From Ptychomitrium polyphyllum (taxonomy: Eukaryota), in assembly GCA_973851085.1 (NCBI GenBank), contig OZ316775.1:22010001-22074000 (forward strand): a stretch of DNA of 64,000 bases, read 5' to 3'. The stretch's first letter is position 1, and every line of letters starts with the position of its first letter. Shown here in pieces: positions 42,245 to 55,133 of the stretch. The notes below the pieces were generated by a model, which was not told the DNA's origin, searched no databases, and saw nothing but the letters and a program-made list of their open reading frames with translations. Made by a program: the position numbers and the translations under genes.

Positions 42245-45200
42245 TTGCCAAATTGCATCAATGGTTGTATGGCTTTGACGTGGGCATCTCCTTCTCTCTC
42301 GACATCCAGAAAGGCAATAACCTAGCAATAGTGTTAATTGTAATTCTCATTTATAGAAAAGCTGTACCATGCACCAGGTGGGTTGCATTGCTGCAACTCC
42401 ATCATTAATATACACCAAGTGCACAATATCTTTCTCAAGCATTTATAAAGTTGTCTAAACATAAGGTCTTTCACATGCTGGATCTGGCAAGTGGAAGGAT
42501 ATCCGTTTAACTTCTAGGATTCTCAACTTTGTATTTACGATGTTGAGTCAGTACTATGAATTGTCATTAGCATGCCTTTTAAGCATGTAAAGCCCACATT
42601 GTATTTTAACTCAGAGAAAATTAGCGCTGTGAAGTTTCTAATTCCTTAATGGTATTGAGGTTTAAGGTGAGAGTTTTATCCCCATAATAGTATTGCGATC
42701 TAATAGTTTATGCACTTTTGATAAAGTTTTACAGAATCACAGTATGTATTGAAATTCTATTGATCTTTCAAAAGTTTAACGCTTGAAAATGCTTTGAAAG
42801 TTCTAATCTTTTCCATATAAGACTATTTCAAGTCTTTTGATATCAAAATTAAAATCAAAATTAAGATTAAAATTTCAGTTCCAAATTTTAAAGGTTTTTA
42901 TACAATATATCAAGAAGCTAGATGTATACATTTTCAAAGTCACAAAAATGAAAGTTTACGTAATAATTACAACAACAAATGAATGAGAAAGTATAATTCA
43001 AATACATTATTTAGTGTTTGAACAATATTTTCATGTCACAAAGTCTACTCCTACATCAAAGACAATTGGTAGGATCAGGTTGTTTCCAAAAAGATGATGT
43101 GATACATGATAAGTAGAAATTATTTCTATAATAAAAGAATAACTTTCTTTTAAGAATATTTTCTTAATAATTTAAAATCACTTACATAAGAAAATTTTCC
43201 AAAATTTCAATTTGTATATTTAAATCTCGATTTTTTTTAATGATTGGTTAAAATCATAAGATGCATATTTATAAAAATAAGATGTGAAATAAATATCAAA
43301 AACATCATTGGATTTTCCAAATAAAAAAGTTTCATATATTATAAAAATCCTTGTTATTTTTCCATACAATTGACAATATTAATCATCTTTTGAAATAATA
43401 TTTGCTTTATAATTTACTCATGAAGTTATGAATAAAAAATATATATCATAAAAAAAGAGTTTAAAAGTGTTAATATTATTTAGCAATAGCTTGAAGTAGT
43501 TACAAACTCATGAAACAAGAAGCAAACACAAAATGATTCTTAAGCATTAATTTCTAAGGAATTAATGATTAATAAGAATTAATACAAAGACTAAAATAAG
43601 AGCACAATACAAACATAATTGACAACTTTTGTTAATAAGACTAAAATATACCTTATTTTGCCTCCTATATATACTATGACGTTTGTATTATTTAAAATAT
43701 TAAAAAAAAATTCCTATAAAGCTTAAGAATGTTTTAAAAGTCTATGGAACTTTTTTAAGAAGGTTTTCAAGGAGGTGGAATGCCTATAAAAGCATTGAAA
43801 GGATTTTAAAAAGCTATTATAGTATACTAAAAAGTTCTAGAAGATTTTAAAGACTATGTTGTATAATCTATGTCCATGAAATCACCTCTTCTTTTAGCAA
43901 CAAGTTCCACAACAAAAAACTTTTGTTATGGCTTGCTCTTTATATCTCCACAAATTCCAAATTTGTTGAAGAGGAGAAACAACTTGTTATTCTTTGTCCA
44001 CTAGTTTAATTGGTCTTTGTAAGAAATGTCAATGACCACCAACCAAGACTTTTGTTGTTGGAATATTCCAACCCCAGATTTTATCTTGCTTAAATCCTTT
44101 AAAACATACTCCAAATAGAATCATTGGTCCTCCAAAAGCGACTCTTCAGAATTCTAACAAGATGACTAGAGTTTGAGCATTTGAATTAAGATTGAACTAT
44201 AAAAGGCGACTTGCTAGTATTTCTATATGTAATTGTACTTGGTATTAAGTACCTATGTCATATCTTTGCATTAGATCCTCCAATGCTAAATGTTAAAAAA
44301 GTTAAGTTGGTTTAATATGTCTTGTTGTTGGAGAAGGTATGGCCAAATGCTCTTCACGTATATCCATGATAATACAAAGATTTGACATACCAGTAGGATC
44401 TAGAGATGATCTATCTTGGAAACATTGTTGCATACAATTGAAGGTTGAATATCACTCTTCTCTTTTTATACCTGTCTATGGAAAAATCTTCTACATTAAG
44501 TTAACGGCTTTTAATTCTTTATAACATGTAATCAATGACTTGGTTTTTGAGGATAGCTATGATGGAATTTGTGTATTTTGTCAGATGCATTTATTACGTT
44601 CATTAATGGTTCCTATGTTCGGTCATTGATACCATATCTTTGCTAATGTATAAGGTACTTTACACATCCATTCTTGATGCATGAATTTAAGAAATTTTCA
44701 ACTTCATACTCCATTTCATTGTTTATTTCTATTAGAAGAAGTGACAAAATAGCCCTCTTTGATATATATGATCTATTATAGGGTTCCAACAAGGACACAT
44801 GAAACACTCCATGAATTTGCATAATTGGTGATAGTTTGAAGCAATAATTAACCAAATTTATTTGTTTGATGATTTCAAATGGCCAAAGCCTTTGATAGTC
44901 CAGCTTCTTTGATGGTCTTTTTATTTGTATGTTTTGTTGTAAAAACCATATGCAATCTCCAACCTCCAACTTCGGATGGTCCTTTTAACAACAATCTGCA
45001 TAAGTTTTTGTATTGGTCTTGAGCTTATTATAACTACAAAAAGTTCTTAGTAGATTTTAGCAAGTTGAGTTGCAAAATCTTTGGCTGTAGAATTTCCAAC
45101 ATGCTTCATTTGAAATGAATGTATTTAAGGATGATGGCCATTATTTGCAAAGAATGGTCTTTCCATTATTGAAAAATGCATCACATTCTTGTAAGCAAAC

Positions 45201-45581
45201 TTTGCAAAAGATAAGAAGTCCATCCAATTGTCTTGCTGGTAGTTTATATTGTAACAAGAGTACTGTTTTAAAATTTAATTCACACGTTTGGTTTAACCAT
45301 TGGTCTACAGATGGTGTGTTGAAGAAAAGTTGATCTTCATATGCAATAGTTGAAATAAAGCCTTCTAAAATTTAGAAATGAATTGTTGCCTTCAATTGGA
45401 TACAATATCATTTAGTAATCCATATATGTAGTAAGGTTTAGGAACAACTTGGTAGTTTTTTCTCCTACTATTGTCTTTTTATATGGAATGAAATGAGGCA
45501 TTTTGATGAATTGATTCACCACTACTAGGATAGAATCCTTAAAATTAGAATAAAGGAGGTCAAAATAAAATCCATTAACAA

Positions 45582-46321
45582 TAACAACCTTTGTTGTATA
45601 TCTCTCCTTGAGGAGTGTTCACAATACTAATAGCACAAGGAGGACCTCGAAGTGACGTTTGGAACTTGTGGCGCTGATAGTAAGGTGATTTGAGTGGACC
45701 TAGCATGGGAAGGATCCCAAGGGGAAGAAACATTCTTGGCCATGTAGACTGAGGGTCACAAGAAAGAAATTGTAAACATTAGAGGACTCACGACAAGTTG
45801 ATTCTAGAATGCTAAAGATTACTCAAATTGGACAAGGGAGCTAAAAGATATGGCATCTCAAAGTTGGGGCTGTCAAGGGATGTTTTGGACTGTGGCAACC
45901 CTAAACTGTGACTGTGTTGGACTAGGATAATGCATGTTCGGGACTCCCCGGGAGTTCCAAACCTTGAGGGAAGCATATCTCTTAGAATACTAAGTCAAAT
46001 TGAACGTTTGAGGAGTCTATCGGCATTTGCGCAAATAGTAGATGACGATAGAGTGGTTGCTTGATAGATTCTAAGACCAAACATGGAAGATATGGCTCCT
46101 TGAAGGTCCACAGGAAGTTCTGAAGGCTTCCAGTGCCTAAGTCCTGAGGGAGATCGGGTGGTTTTCCATAGTTTTGGATGTGTCGGGGTTCAACCAACTA
46201 TAGAGGACCAGAGGGCCTGCCAATAGACTCCTCAAACGTGATCTTAGAATTAAAAAAATAAAAAAAATAAAAAATAAAAATAAAAAAATAAAAAATAAAA
46301 AATAAAAAAAATAAAAAAATA

Positions 46322-46363
<42 letters not shown>
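45582..46363. repeat. Unidentified GC-richer insertion plus A-rich and (AT)n tracts replacing the RNase H and integrase N-terminus of element A
   Basis: The RT connection region stops at ~46365 and integrase resumes at MDFI ~45575. Between them lie ~660 bp of unrelated, less decayed sequence, then (A4-8T)n at 46251-46326 and (AT)n to 46363. Confidence 0.55.
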
Positions 46364-46368
<5 letters not shown>

Positions 46369-46968
46369 GGAATAATCTTTGATGAATATCTTGTAAAAAT
46401 TTGCAAATTCCAAGAAGTATAGAATATCTCAAATTAATCTTGATGTACTCCACTTCATGACAGTGCTTATATTCTTCTCATCCACATGGATTTGTCTTTT
46501 GGAGATGATATAGCTTAAACATTCAATTGAGAATTCATAGAAAAAACTTTTATCTAATTTGGCATATAATTTTTGTTGACATAATTTTTATAAGACTGGC
46601 CGCATGTGACATTTGTGGTCTTATTTATCCTTTGAATATATCAAAGTGTCATCCAAAGAAATGACTACAAAATTGCCTAATGTTCATGGAGGATATCATT
46701 CATCATGTATTAGAAGATTGCAGGGGCATTAATAAGGTCAAATGGAATGTTGTTGTATTCAAGATGACCATACCTACATCAAAATGTTGACTTCCATTTG
46801 TCTTTTTCTTTGATATATACAAACTTGTAGACTTTTTTAAAGTCAATTTTGGTGAATATTTTTATTTTGCCAACTTATTGTAGGAATCTTAAGATTAGTG
46901 GTAATGGATAGCAATTTTTTTGGATTACCTTATTGAGGCCTCAATAATCCATGCACATACACATATAT

Positions 46969-48273
46969 TGTCATGATGTGTTTATATGTACAATTTAAAA
47001 TTGAGTTAGTGTTTATTGTTTAATGAATTTTGATTTAGAAATGAATTTGAGGATAAAGAATAGTTGAATAAAAAGAATCATGGTGAACCCATGATTTATT
47101 TGTTTTGGAGGTAAAATTGCATCTTATTTTAGTTTAAAAATAATGGATTGGTTGATTATAATATTTCTTGCTCGCCATTTGTACTACCATTACCAAGCCA
47201 AATATTATCATTTAAGTAACGAATTTGACAAGAATTGAATCCACATCATTTCAGCAGTTGAAACTTATTCAGACTATCAAGTTTATGATTTTATATGTGA
47301 TCCTGCTTCTACAATAATATTTTTCTTAGCTTGTTTTTTTGGTTCAATTCCAAAAAAAATCTTATTTCTTTTGTTATTTTTAGTTTTTTATCCTACTTTG
47401 GATTTATGAAGGTTAATTTTGTCCTCCTTTATAGTTTGAATCTAAAAGTTTTAATTAAAAGAAAAAAAAAGAATTGAAAAAAAAAGAAAAATGTTTAGAC
47501 TGTTTTTTATTGCAAAAATGTGAAGAAGTAGAGATTGATGTGGAAAAATTAGGCCTTGATGTAGAAAGGTAAGGGGTGGATGTAATCATTTGATCACTAC
47601 TCACTTTTTCTTTTTGAGCTTCTCTTCTTTGTATAAAAAGACAATCCTTCCATCAGCAATAACTCATTGTATACTTCTTAATTTGAATTGATTTTTTTTT
47701 AATTTAATTTCTTCTTTTATAAGATTTTTAGAAAGCCAGTACACAATCCATTTGGAATTAGTATGTGGCTGTGGTGTTAATTTAAATAAAATTAGGTCAA
47801 CTGACTTAAGTTTTTGAGAATAGCTACTTTGAAAGCTTATATGTTTATATATAAACGGTTTTTGATGATGAAATTAAAAAAATAGTATTTTTGCTCTTTT
47901 AAAATGATGTTTAAGAATTTTAAGAGCAAAAACCTTCTATAATAGGAAATATTAGAAAAAATATAATTGAGATTTTGAGAAACAATATATACCAGAATTT
48001 GAGTAACACATTTTGATTAATAGAAGGAGTTAGACGAAGAATATGTATGTGAAATTTGACAAATTTTTAATTAACAAAGTATGTAAAGTATATATCACTT
48101 TTTGAATCTTGATTCAAAATTGTGAAAAAAATATGGAAATTAAAAGTGACAAAGGTCTAAAATCTATGATAATAGAAAGAAACTTGTATTATATAATTTT
48201 GTCATTTTGTTAAGTCATTAATAGCAGCCAAAAATCCACTGCTTTCTTTAGATAAAGCTCTTTTAACACAACA
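46969..48273. mobile_element. 1.3-kb TG...CA insertion (probable solo LTR of another family) inside the RT of element A, 4-bp TSD ATAT
   Basis: Termini TGTCATG...CACAACA fit a CpG-decayed TGTCGTG/CACGACA pair. ATAT lies at 46965-46968 and 48274-48277. Removing the insert and one ATAT restores the RT frame (FVKK*YEFLYMCMCMDY). Confidence 0.65.
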
Positions 48274-50083
48274 ATATAAAAATTCATATTATTTCTTTAC
48301 AAATTGAATGGATATTTTAATAGGTAATTTAAAATGTTGAATGAAACTTTTTCTAAGGTTTTCATTAATTAACCCTTTCAAAGCACTCAATTTAGATTGT
48401 AATAAATTATAGACGGATCCAAAAGGTAGTAATGTGTCCGCATTCTTCTTTTCAAAGACATTCTTATATCTTAATATTGATGGGATATGCCTTGATTCGT
48501 CTTTAGTATAGAATTAAACATTGGCGTGGCATAAACAACATAAATTGGTTCATTTTTTGTTGCTTTCATAAATGCCTTAGGTCAAATCAATGATGGTTAA
48601 GGATTTCTTATATTTTGACGTCTTTTCTTTGAGATCGAACTTCGTAAGTGCTAATCAATGTTTTAGATTATGTAATTCAAATCAAGAAAGGTTCAAGACA
48701 ATAGAATTTCTTCACCCTTGAATGATGTTGAAGACACTTTTAATTATTCAATTACTTCAAACAACCTCTATAGGCTAATTTTTTTTTGATAACATTACTA
48801 GATGCAAAAAATTGTCCATTAATAATTTCAATAGGTGTGGGATGTTTTTTATTTACAAGCACCATGTGATATTTGATTGCAAAATCTTTGTTTATGAAGT
48901 ATGCCATTGTATTAGTATCCAAAAGAACTTCATTAAATATATCACTATTTGACTATTTAATTTTTATAGGAAATGTAAAGCAAGAGGTAAAGATTAAAAG
49001 TAATAAGAGACCTTGAATTTGTAGTTGTTTCCTTCTAGTGTCTAGTCGCATGGTTCCAATTGTGACTAGCCGCATCAATTTGCATATGTTCTAGTCCTTA
49101 TAGTTGGCTTTTCAATGCTTTTAAAGAAGTGGTTGCCATACCTTGATGTACTGATCTCCATTCCAAGCGTTATTCTTGGCACCTCTCAAATAGTCAATTA
49201 TCACATAATATTGCTTAAGTAATGAATTCGTCCAATGTATCAATCCTTGGCATTGTGAATAGCAAATTTTTCACATTTTCTCAAAAGCTCCATGAAGATC
49301 GTGTGACCAAATTTATTGTTCCAATCAAGGTCACAAACTAATTGATGAAACTCTGCAACATATGTAGCAATCAAACTTTGTCTTTGCTGTAGGCTCTGGA
49401 TCCTTGTTTCAGCCACCTTCTCTTGGTTGGTGTCTCCTAAGATAAATGTCAACACTTCTATAAAAGTATCTAAGTTGTTCAATAATGAAGCTTGCTTTTT
49501 CATTAATGATACAAACCACGATAGTGCATTCATTGATAGAAGATTGGTTACAAACCCTACTTAAGTAGTATTGTCAAATTAATGAAATTGATGCAAATTG
49601 AGAAAAAACCTTATTTATTAAATAAAGCCTTTTAACTTTGATCTTGATCCATTAAACTTGTCTTGCATACTAAGCTTTGGCTCTGCATGGTTTTAAAGTA
49701 AGATTTTTTTTTTATATTGGCCTCTCGCAATTAAACAACTTCTTAATATAGACTCTAAATATCACCATTGGATTCTTCAGCCTTACAAGTGTAGTGCTCT
49801 AAATTGTTGGTGGTGTTAAAGCGAATAAGATCTATGCAAAATATTCTTGAAGGTTTGCAATTATTGCAAACATATTCTTTGATGTATCTGACGCATTATT
49901 CATACTTAGACCAATAAACTTTGTGAATGAAGAAGAAAAAGCAGAAGAAAACTCTGAATGTAGACGCTATGGAATTGTAAAGAAGATGAATACTCCACTA
50001 TCTTCTTCAAAAAAGCCTTAGCTCTAACAAAGATGAAGAACAGTCTTGCCAAATTGTTAAGGATATAAGAAACAAGAAATAGA

Positions 50084-53000
50084 TGTTAGAAACACAAGAA
50101 ATAAGAAGCAAATATATAGTGATTCCTTAGAATTAGCTTCCAAAGAGCTAATTAATATGAATTGATTCAAAGATTGGAACAAAAGTACAATATAATATGA
50201 TCCACAATTTATATTGGCAAGAGTAAGGTATACCTTGTCTTACTTCTTATTTATACTATGATGCTTGTATTTTCTAGAATACTTCTAAAAAAGCTTCATA
50301 TAAAGCTTAAGAATGTTCTCAAAGTCTATGGAACCTTCATAAGAAATTTCTCAATGAAGTGGGACCTTTCTTTTAAGTTTTCCAATTATTAGAACGATAT
50401 AGAGCCATTGAAAGGATTTTAAGAAACTACTATAATGTACCACAAGGTATCACAGACATACATATTAGAAGCATCTAAAAAGGTTCTTAAAAGATTTAGG
50501 AAGCTTCTAAGGAAGTTACCTTAGGCTTAGGAAGCTTCTAAGGAAGTTATCTCCGCTTAAGAAACTTCCAAGGAAGCAACTCAAGGTTGCATGAGTACGA
50601 AGCAATGTAGGTGAAGCTTCCTAAGAAGCTTCTAAGGCTTGTAGTTCTAGTATAGATAAGAGTCAAGGCTAAAGAGCTCTTTAGTCTCAACAACGCATCT
50701 CTTGTGGTTTAGTTCAGACTTTCTCGCCTTGTCTTCTATACCTTGTTGTAATTCTATACCTTTAATATACCTTGGACATATCCTATTCCACATCTTAGAA
50801 TCCTGAAGCCTTGTCTTATGGGTACTCTATCTGTAACAATTTGTCAAAACTGTCATAAAAGAATATTAAAGCTTAGTCTTTCTTGATAGAGAGCGGATCA
50901 TCCCTCTTTCTCAAAAATACTATAGTACTCTAGAGGTTGCAGATTATCCTCTTCTAGATTGATATTTCTTCTTAAATTTTCATTGATTTCTTGCGTAGTT
51001 AGCAGATTTATCTATTCCCATTTCATTTCTATGCCAGGGGTGAAGAAGTCAATATGACTGATTCAAAAAAAACAAAATTAGATTCCATTATCAATGCCCT
51101 TGAAGCATTGAAGATCAAAACCGAGACTTTATCCAAACAAAATGAAGAACTATATTTCACCATACTCAATGGTCAAGGAGCAAAAGCACCGTAGTTGCTA
51201 TTCTAAGTCAACTTAGATGCTTCATCATCTTGACCTGATTTGGTAGATGACAAACAAGTTTGAGCTAAGTATTCAATGTCAACAACCAAAGAACCAAGAA
51301 TCAACCTTCCGGAGAAGTTTGATGGTATGCGTTCAAAATTTTGAGGCTTTATAAACCAAAATCAACTTGTTACCTTACTTCAACCTCAATAGTATCCTAT
51401 GCACGCTTTGCTTGTTGATTTGGTATGAATGTTGCTCTCAAGATAAGCATTGTTTTAGTTTGCACCACTTTTTGAGAAGAATTCCCCATACTTAGCAACT
51501 TTGATGCATTCTTAGCCGCGTTTGCAAAAGCATTTGGTAACCATGACAAGCTTTGTTCTGCAACTACTAAGGTTTGTGCCTTGCTCCAAGGGTCATGTTT
51601 TATGTCAATTTATACACCATAACTTCAACAACTTGCATGCAACATCAATTGGGGAGAAAAAGCGCTCATGAGTAAATTTCATTGGGGCATACATGACAGC
51701 GTTAAGAATTTATTGCTATCTATGCCAGACCCCCAAATACTTGATTATGCCATCAACCAAGCTTTGAAGTGTGAATCAAAGAAAGAGATGAATGGAAGAC
51801 GGCTTTTCAAACAAGGTTTTGGACATTTTGAATACAATGTCATGCCTTTTGGACTTACCAATACAACCACCATTTTTCAGCACTTGGTGAATGACATATT
51901 TTAAGAGTGCCTCGATGATTTTATTGTAGGCTATCTAAATGATATCTTGATCTATTCAAAGAATCCAGAGGAACATGAACGACATGTCCGCATAGTTCTA
52001 CAAAAATTGGTACGTGATGGCCAATGCTTTCTTAGATTTGCAAACTTCTATAGGATCTTCATCAAGGACTATTCTCAAATAGCCACACCACTCAAGCAAC
52101 TAACATACAAAGAAAAGCTTGAGTGGGGATCCGATGCTGAAAATGCATTCCAAAGTTTGAAGCGAGTTTTTAATACAACTCTTATTCTAGTCCATCCAGA
52201 CATTTCAAAGCAATTTTATATTGAGACAAATGCTTCTGACTTTGCTTTAGAAGCAGTTTCTCACAAACGGGAGGAAAAGTGAGAGTCCATCCGATTGCAT
52301 TTCAATCCAAAAAGTTTTCAGATGCAGAAATCAACTACAAGATCTATGACAAGGAACTCCTTGTAATTGTGGATTCCTTCCAAGAATGGCGTCACATGCT
52401 TGAGGGTGCCGCACATCCAGTTATTATATATACAGATTACAAGAACTTGAAATATTTCTTGTCAGCCCGTGTTTTGAATTGCCGCGAAGCTCGTTGGAGT
52501 ATGTCTCCATCTCAATTTGATTTTTGCATTACATATTGACTTGAAAAATAGGAAGGGTTATCAGATGCTTTGTCAGGGCAATCATACCTTACGCCAAAGG
52601 AAGGAAAAGCAGCACACAATCAACAATAAGTAACTTTGTTGAAACCCAAACAATTTTGTATACACACAACCACCATTTCAACTCCAATGGATTCATCATT
52701 CCTTGACTAGGTGCGTATGGCATCTACTAAGGACCCTCTTATTCTTAATGTCAAGCGTCGTTCCAACAACTTCCCTGAAGACGTGTCTAAATTTAAATTA
52801 GAAGATAACCTTCTCTACTTTGAAGAATATCTATATATTCCTAAAGGACCAGTTTGCCTTTGTGTACTTCAAACACGTCATGATTTTCTTGCGGCTAAAC
52901 ATTTTGGATTCAATAAAACCTTAGAACTCCTTTCTCTCGACTTTTGGTGGCCTCAAATGTGGAAGGCCATTAAGGAGTTTCAACTCTTGTGTCATACCTG

Positions 53001-55133
53001 CTCTAGATCAAAAAATCCTCGACACCATCCATATGGACTTCTCCAACCACTGCCTATTCTAATGCAATTGTGGTCGTCTGTTTCAATGGATTTCATTACA
53101 AATCTTCCACCATCAAATTCTTTTGATACCATCTTGGTTGTGGTAGACTAATTGCCCAAGATGGCATATTTTGTACCTTGTAAGAAGACAATTACGGGTG
53201 AAGAAACTGTTACACTCTTCATGGATAATGTCTATCGCTACCATGGATTACCCGACGATATTATATTGGATCGTGGAGCACAGTTTATACCAAGATTTTG
53301 GAAATTGCTTTTTGAAATCTTTAAGAGCGAGTCAACCAGACCTTGGAGCAATATTTGAGGTGTTCCATCAACTACCAACAAGATGATTAGACTTCCTACT
53401 TGATATTAGCTGAGTTTGCTTACAACAATACCACTCACGCTTCCACCCAACAAACGCCATTCTATTCCAACTATGGACATCACCCAAAGATGGATATGTT
53501 AGAGCTTCCATATTTTGAGAATCCTGTAGTAGAAGAATTTGCCACAAGAATGGTAGAGCTTCAAATAATTATGAAAACTCAACTAAAAGAAGCTCTGGAG
53601 CGATACAAAATAATAACAGATGCAACAAGGAACAAACAACCTCCATTCCAAGTTGGTCACAAGGTGTGGCTCTTTTGACGCAATATAAGGATTTCATGTG
53701 ACAAGCTGGACTATCGCAGATTACGACCATTTGCAATTGAAAAACAAGTCAACTATGTGGCATAATATTTAAAACTACCAACATTGATGAAAATACATCT
53801 CGTCTTCCACGTTGCACTTTTGGAAACTTATAAGGAATTAAGTATCCCTAGACAAAGGCAGCTGCCACCACTTATGGTTGAAATCGACAATTATCATGAA
53901 TTTGAAGTGGAAGAAGTACTTGACTCACAGATAAGACGTGGAAAGCTAAAATACTTGGTACATTGGCGCGGATATGACATTAGTGAACGTACATGGAAGC
54001 CAACTAATAATCTTGCCAATTCACCAGTAAAAGTTTGTGAGTTCCATTGACAACATCCATCTAAATAAAAAAATAGCAGGAGATGGAACAGTGGTTCGAT
54101 AAGGCTGCATAACCTTAAAGGTTCTTGATGCTTAGGCTTTTAAGTAGGAGAGAAAACAATTATTAAATTATAAGTTTTCAAAGCCCCATTCATGATTTAG
54201 AAATTAGTTGTTTATATTTTGAAGTTTGTCATAGTTTTTTGAGACTAGCTTGATATATTAGATATGAATAGTCAAGATGCAGATACCATGCCAGTAGTGT
54301 CAATTCAACTAAGTGACTGTTGTTGACGACCTCGTGATGAAGAACAAATTGGACCAAGAAGATGTCAGAGGACACTCAACAATAGATCGTTGGTGATTGT
54401 TTTTGAAGTAGAGCCGACTTATGAAAGTTATCTAGAAGCTGTTTTTGAAAGATGCTTTTACAACAAAGATATAAAAGTTCATGCTTGGTCTCAAATAGAA
54501 GGTGTTGGATACTATCGGTGGTTACAAGGATCCATGAACCATTTGAATCGAAAAAGACAATTGGAGTATGTTGCAGATACCATGCAATAAATTTTTGACT
54601 TTTTACAATTTTGAGCATTTATTGCTCTTTGGAGACCTTGGAGCTAGAAAGGGAGGTGATGTCATGGACATACATATTAGAAGCATCTAGAAAGGTTTTT
54701 GAAAGATTTAGGAAGCTTCCAAAGAAGTTACTTTGGGCTTGGAAAGCTTCTAAAGAAATTATCTTTGCTTAGGAAGCTTCCTAAGAAGTTACCTCAGCCT
54801 AAGATACTTCCAAGGAAGCAACTCAAGGTTGCTTGAGTACAAAGCAATATAGGTGAAGCTTCTTAAGAAGCTTCCAAAGCTTGTAGGTCTAGTATATATA
54901 GGAGTCAAGGCTGAAGAGCTTTTTAGTCTTGACAACGCATCTCTTGTGGTCTAGTTTAGACTTTTTTGCCTTGTCTTCTGTTCCTTGTTGTAGCTCTATA
55001 CTTTTAATATACTTTGGACATATCCTGTTCTACATTATAAAATCTTGAAGCCTTGTCTTATGATTACTTTGTCCGTAACACAAAGTTGTAGAAGACTTTA
55101 AAGACTATGTTTACATGATTTGTGTCCGTGATG
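50084..55133 (-). mobile_element. Element B: solo LTR of the element-A family inserted in the 5' LTR of A, itself split by element C (parts 50084-50447 and 55081-55133)
   Basis: A second LTR start TGTTAGAAACACAAG occurs 29 bp after the first (50055). The LTR text stops at 50447 and continues at 55081 (AAGACTTTAAAGACTATG...GTCCGTGATG). The rest of A's LTR resumes at 55134. Confidence 0.8.
50448..55080 (+). mobile_element. Element C: internally deleted chromodomain Ty3/Gypsy LTR retrotransposon of a second LTR family
   Basis: 5' LTR 50448-50838 and 3' LTR 54660-55080 with internal ~30-bp AGGAAGCTTC tandem units; TSD CAAGG/CAAAG; PPT AGAAAGGGAGGTGA before 54660. Coding relics: gag (KEPRINLPEKFDG, ~51285-51770), RT (GHFEYNVMPFGLTN, YLNDILIYS), RNase H (ETNASDFAL, EINYKIYDKELL, YTDYKNL), integrase (H..H..C..C, SMDFITNLP, DRGAQF, AEFAYNN) and chromodomain (EFEVEEVLDS...YLVHWRGY, ~53895-54050). 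Confidence 0.92.

Noticed and set aside
46137..46453. Hydrophobic YI/F-rich ORFs
   Set aside because: Translations of (AT)n and A-rich microsatellites.
50470..50640. Regularly spaced AGGAAGCTTC units superficially like a CRISPR array
   Set aside because: They are tandem subrepeats in the U3 region of a eukaryotic LTR, repeated in the 3' LTR, with no unique spacers or cas genes.
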